Source: Bugula neritina
Taxonomy: Eukaryota > Animalia > Bryozoa
Length of the DNA: 64,000 nt
Direction: 5' to 3'
Assembly: GCA_964035545.1 (NCBI GenBank)
Contig: OZ037771.1
Location: 12,585,133-12,649,132, forward strand
The translations under genes and the position numbers were made by a program. Below are positions 1-12,400 of this stretch, in pieces. Numbering within the stretch: position 1 is the stretch's first letter; each line of letters starts with the position of its first letter. The notes beneath the pieces are model-generated. The model ran no database searches and was not told the DNA's origin. It saw nothing but the letters and a program-made list of their open reading frames with translations.

Positions 1-165
1 AAGGGTTTTTGCTAGAATGGGCTAAGGACTTGTTTTAAATGAAGCACAGGAGTAATTATGACTGGATGCTCTCCCTAACATCACCAATGGCCTTTGTCGG
101 GGTTCGATCCCACAACTTCGTGTTCACAAAGCAAACGCTTTAACCCCTAGACCACGGCTGCTCTC
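1..165 (-). mobile_element. tRNA-derived SINE, copy 1 (3' part cut by window edge)
   Basis: Minus strand begins GAGAGCAGCCGTGGTCTAGGGGTTAAAGCG...GGGATCGAACCCC (Pol III A-box and B-box-like head). The body (gggctaaggactt...attatgactggatgctct) recurs at 13460-13671 and 37703-37880. Confidence 0.75.
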
Positions 166-735
166 AGGAAAGGAATATTTACACTGCAGGTATTTCCACA
201 GTCAGTTGACTATATAATATATACTACATATAAATTATTAATTGCTAACCAAGCAAGCAATTTCAATACATGTGATGGACTACAAGGCAGAGTTGCATGT
301 TCTGTCACATCTTCTGCTTCTACCAACTTTGTATTACAAACAAGCTCCATGCTCGCAGTACAAAATGAAAGGTCATTTTACTTTAAAAGTTAGTACACAC
401 TCAATATCTCTAGTTTTTGGCTACTTTTCATAATTTAGCTGTCAATGTATTTAACAGTTTTTCCCCTTAAACTAACAAAATATTAGCAAATCTGATTGAA
501 TATCCTACGTTTCTCCCAATTCCCACAGTGACAATTTTTTTCATCGCAGCCCCTATATGTATATCTAGCTCACATAACAATGACGTTGCGCTTTAATATT
601 GCAGGACCCCTCCCAGCTTTGTTGCTATGCATATTTAGAATCAAAACATAAAATTATCCATATAGTAAATGTTCATGAATTTTGAGCAAACTTTAATTTT
701 TAGTTATAACTTGCTGAGCTTAGAGTGACAGCTAC

Positions 736-3700
736 CTTGTCAACATATTCAAAGACCAGGTAAAGTTTGCCCCGCCTCTTGAAGGCCTCCCTCAGCTCCA
801 CTACATTCTCATGCTTCAGACTTTTGAGCATCCGTAATTCTCTGAGAGTTGTCCTCTTCACGTCTTCATTTTCTGCAAACAAATCAGTTCAGTCGTAGTG
901 TTTGTGTTGAAACTATAAAATCTACATAATAAAGGGAGGTAACTCCTGAAAACACAGCCTTACACTGGTTATTGTAGGTGGTAAACAATAACAGAATAAT
1001 TTGTCAATCAATATGAAGAATCTTTTTAATCCTAGCTTTAAAGAGTTAATAACTGCAGCCAATGATCATACCATCAATAAAGCTTCTATCAAGGAACAAC
1101 CTTCGAGCTATAAGAAAGTACATGCTATGCAATCAGAAAAAAATATTGCACCAACTGGGAAAAAATTGAATTTTAATAAGTCATGAGATATTTTTGACAC
1201 AGAATAATGCAGGCTATGTGGTAGTTGTCCTATCTTTTGAACTATTATTCCCTACAATATGTTTAAGTTTGAAACCATATCACAGCTTTCATTTTTTTAA
1301 AATATAACTTTGTCCAATTTAATGCCAAAGTTAGGATTATCTTACTTGGTCTAAACCACATCTAAAGTTTTCTAACAAAATTCATTGTAACCAAGACTTG
1401 AACATCAAAAAGCATAGACAGTTCTACCAATGGCTGCATTTCTTTTATCCCAAAAGTATTTGTAAGAGTAGTTTTATAAATATAATCTCAGACTATCAAG
1501 TAATATGAGAAACTGCAGCACTTGATTGTTAGCTTAAAATTACTCTAATGAGGAAACTAAAACAATATAATTAGTATTTACTCAATTGTATAAATAGCAT
1601 TGCGAAACAACCCAGTATTATTCTAGTAGGAACAATGGTTTACTGAAGTTAACAAACTCAAAGTATTTGATATTGTCTCTAAACAATCTCAAAGCTAGGT
1701 ATTGCCATGAAAGCTCAACTTCCCAACAGACTTTGTTTACCTCCCTTTGAAATTAGTTACATTGACTTTTCTTAGACTCGGAGCTTCAAAAGAAATTGTC
1801 AATAGCGACTAAAACCTTTTTAAATGAGCAGCTTTTCAAGGCAGCCAACAGTAAGAAGTAAACAGCACACTTTAGTTTGACCAACATAAGCTAATACAGT
1901 ATGAATATTATGAAGTATTATAATATAGTACACAGTAGTATACTACTGTAGTATACACTATACTGTAGTATACACTATACTGTAGCATACACTATACTAT
2001 AGCATACACAATAATATAGCATACAGTATAGTGTATACTATAGTATAGTATATACTATATTATAGTCTATAGTCTATGCAGTATAATGTATACTATTATA
2101 CTGTAGTGTGCACATTGTATAGTCAGTAGTGTATACTGTATAGTGTATATAAACTGTATAATGTGCACTGTATAGTGTGCGCTATATATAGTATATATGC
2201 TGCATAATGAGCTGTATAAGATATAAACTGTATAACTTATATTGTATAAAGTAGAGTGTATACTGTATAGTTTATACTGTATAGCATAGATCGTATGCAA
2301 GTTTTTACAGTATAATGTATACTGTATAGTTTATACTGTATAGCATAGATCGTATGCAAGTTTTTACAGTATAATGTATACTGTATAGACGATAGCGCAT
2401 ACTGTACAGTGCATAATGCGTAGCTCACGTACCTTCTCCATCTTTGAACTTTTTAATGGCCACTAGTTCACCATTCTCCTAATAAAATGTCAAAGGAGAA
2501 TAAAAGAGGTGAATGCAGAGTTAAGAATCAAATGTAAATGCCAATCAATGAAGCTGGCATTGCATACATGAAAAGATGTTATATGCTGTTATGTACTGTA
2601 AGTATTAGTTAGAAAACAGTAAGTGTAAACACGTGAAATTAATGTGAATAAGACTGATGTGACTTACTGCACAACTTAATTTAATCATAGAAGAAACTAT
2701 CTCAATAACAGTACAGTAATCCAACTCGAAGCTTTTGATGTGGTGTAGAAATAAAAACAAAAATAATAACCAAGTTCAAATGAATACTTGAGTGCTATTA
2801 TATAATGTAATGAGCATACAGCTACCTTTGTGGGCACCCCTTATTATGGAGAAAGGTGAACGTATAAAACAGAGTATAACTAAGAGAGGCTAAATAACTA
2901 ACAGAGTCTAAATAACTAACAGAGTATAAATAACTAACAGAGTTTAAATAACTATAAACAGAGTCTAAATAACTAACAAAGTCTAAATAACTAACAGAGT
3001 ATAAATAACTAACAGAGTATAGATAACTAACAAAGTGTAACTAACTAACAGAGTGCAACTAACTAACAGAGTATAACCAACTGTTGAATGCACAAAACCC
3101 TACCTTTTGCTTGCATTTCAGCACCACTCCATAGGCACCTACAAACAAATATAATCAAATAACATAAATGAGTATAAAATTTACTGTACAGTTCAAAACC
3201 AACTAACACAAAAAATTCTGAGTAATACCATACTTTCTCACTAGAGTTTTCAACATTACAGTTTAACTTGAAGGTATTGACTGGAGGTTTAATTTCATGA
3301 TTTTTGCACCTGATCTTAGCATGAGTTCTATGTAATGGCTAATGTATTATAAGTTACTGTGAGACAATGGCAGGTGTACCGTGTGCAGGTTTATTGTGAG
3401 CAAATGGACATTGGCTTATTGGAGTAAATAATTCAATACTAAAATCTGATTATATATTCATTTCTTTTGTGTTAATTATCTGAGAATCAGGATAAAAATA
3501 TAAAATCTATTGTCTTTATCACTTACAACAAATCAACGCTTTTATTTTAGTTTACTAGTAACAAAGCTCCGTATTATGCTGTTTCATTGTAGCGTTGATA
3601 CTTTTGTCTAGAAACTCTAGCACTACGTAACACAATACATCATCAGCCTATTGTATGTTTTACTAGAAGTGAAACCAACTCTGCTATGGGTTTGGCAGAC

Positions 3701-3961
3701 AGGGAGTGACTGAAACACAGTACTTTATGATTAGCTAGTGAAGTGAAAGCGAATGAGCAGGAATTATACTAAACTAAAAGCTGCGTAACCACAACAATGA
3801 GCTCTGCTATATTTAGGATTAATTTAATTAACATTAACTGAGTTAGTCAACTGTAATAGCTTATACAATTCAAATACTAATACATACAAATAGCAGAACT
3901 ATTCTAGAATATTCTATAACGTACCTTCTCCGACTATCCCCAGTACTTGGTATTTGTTCAT
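736..3961 (-). CDS. CDKL5: Cyclin-dependent kinase-like 5 (CDKL5-type), 5' coding exons only; gene continues left of the window
   Basis: Exons 3925-3961 ([13 protein letters not shown]), 3104-3138 ([11 protein letters not shown]), 2433-2478 ([15 protein letters not shown]), 736-872 ([46 protein letters not shown]). All junctions are GT-AG with consistent phase. Gly-rich loop, VAIK lysine and the CDKL5-like TTLREL helix are present. Confidence 0.88.
1930..2420. repeat. Degenerate TATAC/TGTA/TAG-rich tandem repeat next to the CDKL5 exon-3 donor
   Basis: Repeated tatactgtatag-like units, with a larger internal duplication (atagcatagatcgtatgcaagtttttacagtataatg twice). Confidence 0.8.
2870..3080. 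repeat. 18-bp minisatellite (taactaacagagtataaa)n starting about 25 nt from the CDKL5 exon-2 donor
   Basis: About 11 visible copies. Confidence 0.9.
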
Positions 3962-6423
3962 AGCTGATGAGTTTGCTTTGTCTATAGCTGAGTGGCACCT
4001 TGGCTACATACATGATATAACATAATATGAAATGTATTGCAATTTACAACACAATATCATGTATAGTAGTAAAAAGCATGACATAAAGTAATATAGTTTA
4101 GAACATGAACTTAAAGTGCTAGACCAAATAACAAATAGATTAGAACAATTGAAGGTATATGTTGCAAGCATACATACTATAGATAACAGCAGACAATTTT
4201 TCTTATATTTATGTTACACAAGTTCAGAGTATTTGACTTATGTAATTAGTGGTGAAATAAACTGAAACTGAGATTTAGATATGTAAATTATTTAAATTTC
4301 TTTTTTAGGTATCCTAAGCAGAAGATTACTAAAAGTTTTAGAATCTTGTTACAAAATGTGTATCACAAGAATAAAATAATTTATACATGTAACCTTAAAA
4401 GAAAAGTTCCATAAGTTAAAAAGTAAGTGTAAGAAATAGAAGTAACAATGGTGGTCAAACTATGACTGTGTTAATTACTTTATATTGATTTGAGACTCAA
4501 TAAAATTAGTTAAAAAGAAGTCTTTTCTAGCGTTCTGGTTGCAACAACATTTTTATAACAAGCTGCAGGTGTTTTTTATAACTAGTGTTTTTCAGCCAGA
4601 ATCCCGCAGAATTTGACATAGAAGTATAGAACTTAATGAAAAATCTAGTGAAGTCTTTGTATTTTGATATCTTACAGAAAATTAATTATTTTTTCACAAT
4701 CAAAAGACCTTATAAAATAAGCACAGGCAACGCAATGTAGAAAGTATAATGTATAGTTTTGAAAACCTATGTATAAAACCGCAACTAGTAAAACCTAAAT
4801 TTGTACCTGAAGAACTCTAGAACACTCTAATGACTAATAGCATAGAATAAAGCACCTTGCTAGTAAGTAGTAGTAAAGCAACAGATATTTACAGTGGTAT
4901 AGTATTGCATTATTCTAAATTTGAAAATAATTTAATTACAACCATTGAAAATAATTATCTTAATTAGTAAACAAACTATTATAGTTCCTGAATATTACTT
5001 TCTATAAAGTTTGTTTGAGCTCCAAATTGCATCTAATTTTAATTAAATTTAGCAGCTTAAGTTTCGATTCCTTTTTTAAATTATAATGAAAACAAAAGAA
5101 AATGCCAAATAATTAATGTGATACTATAGGTTGATAGTTAAAAGTATTTTACAATCTGTTTCTTATTCCTCATAAAAATTCAATTAAACTCTCAAAATGA
5201 AAACATAAAAATTAAAAGTCAATTAATAATAAACAACTAGTACTAATACTAACACTACTAAAATACTACTTTATATACTATTACTTGTATTTTGTAATTT
5301 TAGTACTATAATTTTTAGTATTAGAAATAGATAAACTTAACTTAAGTAATTAAATACAAACAAGCTGCAACTAAAAGTAAAATGACAAATTTTTCAATTC
5401 AATTACAGCTTGTCTGTATTTAATTATTTAAGTTATCATTGGTGACATAGTACATAAATAGTAACCATGAAATAAATTTTAAAAAGATTAAGACCCAAGC
5501 ATTCCATTAACACGAATATCAACATGGACTGAGAGAGTCAGAGTGAGTCTCATCCCTCAGAGTCAGTCTTGTTTAAAATCGAAACTGTTTCAGTACATAC
5601 ACGTTAACAAAAATAAATTTTGTTATTCAATACAAGTTTAAACTCATTCAGCAATTTATAAACTTACTTTTTTCATTTGGTCACAAAATCAATTACTTTT
5701 ACAACAATAAATTACATTACTTCGTTTTTTAGAATTTCACCCTTGAGCAGCCATGACAGTTTTCCCTATCAACAGTCCCATAATGCTTTTAAAGACTGGC
5801 ACGCGCCAGACAAATTTAGAGAACAGATAACTCCCAATATTCTATTATATTAAAAGCGATTTCAATTACTGCACTTGTTTGAAACTTTTACGGCAAGGAA
5901 AGACAACTCTACGATTAGCACAAACAATCCTGCTTTCTTATACCATTGATAATGTATTTGCAGGTGTGCAGTTATGAAAAAGGTTAAATGTGCATTAAAT
6001 CACTTCAAATAACATTGTGAGTTATGACCATTTATTGTCATATTCAAATTTTAAGTCAGTTTCTAGTTTTAGTGGATGAAATAAAACCAATTACTTGTAG
6101 AATTTCAAAAAGTGTAAAACATATTTATAAACAATAAAAAACGAACTTGTACAAGTCAACTGCTAAAAGGTTACACATAAAGAAATTTTGAGGTACTAAA
6201 ATGATGTGCAGAATACAAAATATTTGTAATTAAAGTTGAGTGAGTCTACTGAGATTTAACAATATACAAATTATAATATTATGGTCACCTTTCCACCACC
6301 GTGGTTCTGCGTGGGTGGCAGCAATATACAAGTTATATATACAACTTAAAATATTCAAATGTTGAGATGTTTAAAAGAGCACCATAAGTGGAGATCAAAT
6401 GATTTAAGTTATAAAAGATATAA

Positions 6424-9400
6424 TTACATCAGCTCCTTACAATAGCAATATTTCTTTAGACTGTGATCCTTAACACAGGAGGAGGTGCTACCATACGAGT
6501 TCGTTCTACTGATGTACCCGGATGATCGATAGGAATTAGTTGTGGAGTCGTACTTCACTGTCCCTTGGAATACGCCTCCACTAGGCTTCACTCTGATAGT
6601 TAGGTGATACATAATAACTCTACCTATAGCTTCTTCTCCGTAGTATTCCCTTCTACCTACAGCAATTTAAATTAGAATACTGAAGTAAAAAGAAGGGAAA
6701 GCAACTCTTTACGCAAGAAATTATAGTGTTAAATAGTAAGAAGAATCTCAATTGATGGGTTTTAGATTCTATTTTTTGAAAAACCTTTGAAAATTTTTGA
6801 AAAAATTGTGGGTTAATGACTACTCTTGGGAAATAAACTAATAAGAATTACCATTTGATGATGGTCTCTTAAAACTTTTTATTTGTGTGCCTGCATGCAA
6901 CTAATAATATTATTCTACAATATATAATCATCAACATTCAGAAAGTTTCCCGCTACCTTAAGAGTTTTATCAAACATGAATCAAGAAAACTTTCAGCCCC
7001 TTACCAATGACATCATTCATGCTGAGTTTAAACGTCATAAGTTTATGAGTGGGTGTGGCTTGTAGCGCATCTGTGATCTCATCCAGTTTGTACCTTGCAC
7101 ACACTTTATAATGAGCTACTGTCTTTTTGTTAATCTTTGCAATCAGAACTTTGGCAGCTCGTATTACCTGTAGTATGGAGAGAGTCACTTAGGCAATGAA
7201 ATTTTGAATATTTGGGAGCAGTAGAAGAGAAATTGAGATAGCCTAAGTTCTTTAATTTGATTATTAAATTTTGGTTTGTGGCGCAGGTTGAAATTCTTGC
7301 AAGAACATAACTTCTTATGCTACATTTCTAATCTAGAACACAGGCTTTTCTCAATTTCTCCATTACTGCACCTACCTCATTTTAAATCACTTCTTTAAAA
7401 ATAAATAATAATACTCTTAAATCACTTCTCATTTCATTAGTGATCATTCAATGAGTTGTAGTAATTTACAAGTAAGCAGTACGTCATCCATAAATTTTGC
7501 CAATTACCTTCTTATCAGAAACTGACGCTGGTTGTTGCTGTAAACATGTGCACCAGTGATCATCTATGGTAGCAGATGCACAACTCCTGTCTTGTGGAAC
7601 CTGAAAATCAAATTCGTAAACTTGAATAGACCATTGTTAGCTGGTGAGTAATGTCGTAGAGTGGAGTTATCTGTCTTCTGCTACAGTTGATTAGACTTTT
7701 TCACAATGCTCGAACGAGACAGTAAAATGAAAATCAAAGAGAATTTACAGAAAAGATGACAGTATCCGAAGTTTTGACCAAATCTCACTTAAGTTGTGAT
7801 CACTGGATGAAATTGGGTGAAGCCTTGGCGCAATCAATCCAATAATTCAATAACTTAAAGTGCTATTTAAAAAATTGCAAAATATTGGAGCTTTGATTAG
7901 TAATAACCAATTATCGTTTTTAAACTTTTGTAGAAATAGCAGGAGTTTTGAAATAATAGAGTGACTTACCTTGTCAAAAAGACTGATAGATCTCGTGCTA
8001 GCTGAAGGATGTTTGGGTATTCCGGTAAACCTCAGCACATTGTCAAGCAATGCATTGATGTCAAAAGGAGTTGTCAGTCTGTGTTGATTGACCTCTAAGT
8101 TTTGTGCAATCTAAAATTCAAGCAGGTTAGTTAGTGAAATGAGAATGAGCTAACCGGCTATTTTTATGATTAATGGTGGAACTGGATAAGTTTAGCTAAA
8201 TGCAAAAAGAACCTAAATATTTCCAGTGTAAGGATACTGCGTGTCTGAATGTTTCAGGCTTACTTATGAAATTATGTAATAATTTAAATGACTCATGACA
8301 TGACATGAAAACTCTACCTGCCCCTGTTTTAATTTTGACAAAAGCAAAAGCATGAGGCTTAGTAAAAACCTACGTATCCGGTCTAAAAAAAGTTCTCACG
8401 CACTCACACACGCATGCACACACTCGCGGGCAAACACATGCAAGAACGCGCGCACACGCACCCACACAAAAAAAGTTTACTAATGCAGCTGTTTTTAGTG
8501 ACAAAGCCATAGCAGTAATTTACTGAATTATTTTCACCTGAGGATACTTTCTAGCGAACCAATCAGGGAGAGAGATAAACATAGCAGGAAGTCTTTCCTC
8601 CAACTTGCCGATGTAAGTGGATAATATATCTCCACGTCTAATGCCGTGATCACTGAAGTAAATGACGATTGTATTCTCCAACAGTCTAGCTGTATAGAAT
8701 AAACACTTGAATTTATAAAATAATACAAGTAAAATTAGCTATTACTCTCTATGAATATACTATTGCTAATTACTAATATACCCTGACTAAAAACTTTATT
8801 ATGTTGGTGCAAAACTCACATCTGATCATTAACTCTAGGAATTGGGCGTGTGACCGGTCAGTATTCTGGTTCACTGAGTCATATGTGGGCCGAGTGAGGA
8901 AGGTGAAGGCAAAATGTGGAGCTCTCTGTCTGCTCTTTATGAAGCTACAAAAAACTGCTGAGTTAGCTACTGCACACACATAGCATCATTAAGCTAGAGA
9001 TCTTTAAATGGGATGCAAATTACAATTTATTGAGTCCTCAAAAATTTTTTAGCACTCTGTTACAAAAACTAATTTAACACAAATAGGGCAAACAGGTCAA
9101 GCTCAGATGTCACAAGTAGGTGCAGTAATGGGAACATTGAGAAAACTTTGTGTTCTAGAGTAGAAATCATGTAGAAAAAAACTATCGTCAGGGGAAAATT
9201 TCAGCCCACACCCCAAATCAAAATTTATTAAGAAAATTAAAGAACTTATACTATTTTAATTTCTCCACTACAGCACTCAAAATAAGATGTCAATGCAAAT
9301 GTTTACAATTCTTGACCACTTACTTGTAAACATATTCAAGGGTGATGTCAGTTTCCAGCCGACCTCCAAAGCAATGCTTGTAGTTGGTCCACATGCTACT

Positions 9401-12400
9401 GGTAGAAGCCATGGCTAGAGAGAAGGGGCGCAGGTAATAATCAGCGGGAGGATGATGAAATCCTACAACATAGAAGAATGGAGTGTCATATAACTGAAGG
9501 TGTTAAACACTGGAGACTTTAGATATCATATGGCAGCTTTCTAACCTTCTTTCTCAAAGTTCCAAATGGCTATAGACGGGGCATCTTCAGCAAACAGAGT
9601 ATGATACCCAGCGTCTGCAAACCTCTTCCAGGCAAACTGATATTTATCAAAAGGCTCGTTGTTTGTCTCGTTCCAGTCTGTTTCCTCCACATAATTCCCT
9701 GCACATTTGGTATAGAGAGAAGATAAATACATGTTTTATTACCAAACATTGAAACGCGACTTTGCATTATGCAAATCAGAGACGATTGAAAAACATTTAA
9801 GGAATATATTTTAATGTCAGATTCAGCCTTACTTAATATATAGAAAGCTGTAAGCTATAAATCTAGCCTGAAATTGAGTGATAAGCAACTTTATTTATTT
9901 AAAAAAAGTTGAAATTACTTTTTCAGTTAACTCGGTTGTTGTTTTGAACATAAAAACTCACAGATTTCTTGAATTGATAATACTTTTAATAAACCATTTA
10001 CAAAAATACAAGACAGTATATCTCATCATGGCTTAGATTTATATAAATGGATGGCTGTATAAGTAACGTAATGCAATGTAATATATGTGAGTTACCCAAA
10101 AACATCGGTGTCAGGTTAATAAAGGTGTTGTCTCGCACTTTGTTGTATCCATACATCTCATAGGCCTTCAAGTTGCTACGCAGGATCTTCAAGGTTTTAG
10201 GGAATTGCCTGTGAAAGTTTAGACGTGACACAGAGTCAAGGCCAACCATCAAGACGTTCAACTGAAATCATTGTGTAATATGCAAACCACGTTATAAGAT
10301 ATATATAAACAGCTCTTCAATGGCAAGTTCTATTCGGTCATCGAAAACTGCCCTGCTCAAAATCTTCTTTATTTCCTATAAAGTAGCTATATAGTATGTT
10401 AGCCAAAAACAAATGGTAATTGAAAATTTTAAGCATATTATGCTTACTTATTGGAGCAAACATGGAGACAATCTTCGATTATTTATCAACCTGTACCATA
10501 AAAAGCCTTTAGAATCCCACAGAAGTACTGACATAATATTATAAATTTAATATACACTCACCTGTTCCAGGTACACTCTTCTCTTGTGACATATAGAGAG
10601 TAGATATATAATATACACTCACCTGTTCCAGGTAGCCTCGTCTCTTGTGGCGTAGAGAGAGATTATCTTTCATATGTTTCAGTAAAGGTTTGGTGGGCGT
10701 GAAGGCGTGTAAGTTCTGATACATCAGAGTGTTATTAGTGGAGTAGCAATAAACCTATAGCAGTGCCATATCAGGGGTATAACTGTATAAGACTAACTGA
10801 AAGCAAGTCAAACAAATTTCTAAAGTAACAACAAACAGCTTCTGAGAAGTTATCTTCTTACAAAACTGGTGTATGGTAAAAATGGTAAAAGTGGCACAGG
10901 TAAAATGACACAGGTAATAATGACACAAATAGCAAAGTAGGTAAAAATGGCACATTTTCAATATTAGTGTTTGGGGTGGGGGTTTGGGGTTTGGGAAAAT
11001 TTAACATCAGTGTGCCATTTTTACCTATTTTTCCATTTGTGCCATTTTTACCTGTGCCATTTTTACCTAAAATCCTTCTAACAAAACTGGTGCTTGTTTA
11101 AACTTAAGTTGACACAACGCAATTCAGTAGAGTAAGTTCATCTCTAACCAACTCTGGCTGTAATATCCTCTCATAAATGTGTCTAAAATCTCAGCAGATT
11201 TCTAGTTTATAAAATAAATCTAAATCTAAACTAGCTTCAGATTCTAGTAAGTTGAGAACTCAGTCATCACTGCTTCTCTAAACTGGCTATGGTTGTTTTG
11301 AAGCTGCAACACCAAAACGAGTCTTTGCGGTTGTTTCAGCCGTTGAGAAAATTTAAGAGAGAAAAAAGTGACAAAACACACAGAAATTATTCAAAGTAAC
11401 TTCTTGCCCACACAATTATCAGAACGTCAGCATTGCAGAAGATGGTCAAAATACATGTCCTACATAAGTGTTACAACTTGGTTTTAGATGCAACTTTACA
11501 ATTTCTTCTTTTTTGCTGTTTTGAATTATAATTCATTATTAATAAATGTATTCATATAAAAAGCATACCTTTATAAATTCTTTTTTCACTAAAACTTTTT
11601 CAGTGAATACGATTCTCTTGTGTCCGAGGTCAAATTTGAAGTCATCATTTGGCGATCTAAATATCTCTACATACTCACAGAAGAGTAGACTGCCATTATA
11701 GAATGGAGAGTTTGTTTTGTTTATGTACAGCATTTCATCCTATAAGCATACAGTAAATTATCATATAAGCATACAGCATATCATCATATAAGCATACAGC
11801 ATATCATCCTATAAGCACACAGCATATCATCATATAAGCATACAGCATATCATCATATAAGTATACAGCATATCATCATATAAGTATACAATACATCATC
11901 ATATAAGCATACAGCATCTCATCCTATAAGCATACAGCATATCATCATATAAGCACACAGCATCTCATCATATAAGCATACAGCATATTATCATATAAGC
12001 ATGCAGCATCTCATCATATAAGCATACAGCATATTATCATATAAGCATACAGCATATCATCATATAAGCATACAGCAAATCATCATATAAGCATGCAGCA
12101 TATCATCATATAAGCATACAGTATATCATCCTATAAGCACACAGCATATCATCCTATAAGCATACAGCATATCATCATATAAGCATACAGCATATCATCA
12201 TATAAGCATACAGCATATCATCATATAAGCATGCAGCAGGCAATCTATAATATCATTATAACATAATAGAATTCATCTATTCATGCATTTAATCTTTTTA
12301 TTTTAGATTTTCAATAAAATAAAAAAACTTTGAGTGTGAAGGTTACATTTTTAAGCTCTCTATAGACAGTAAAATGTTATCAAGGTGGCTCAAAGAAACT

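Noticed and set aside
85-165. Functional tRNA gene
   Set aside because: A and B boxes are present but the cloverleaf stems are poor, and the head is fused to a body repeated three times in the window, so it is a SINE.
2067-2428. Tyr/Ile-rich ORFs; likewise 27287-27475 and 61995-62327
   Set aside because: They are products of simple repeats (TATAC-rich, TA, CA).
11727-12238. CRISPR-like regular repeat array
   Set aside because: Units are head-to-tail with no unique spacers, the context is a eukaryotic intron, and there are no cas genes.
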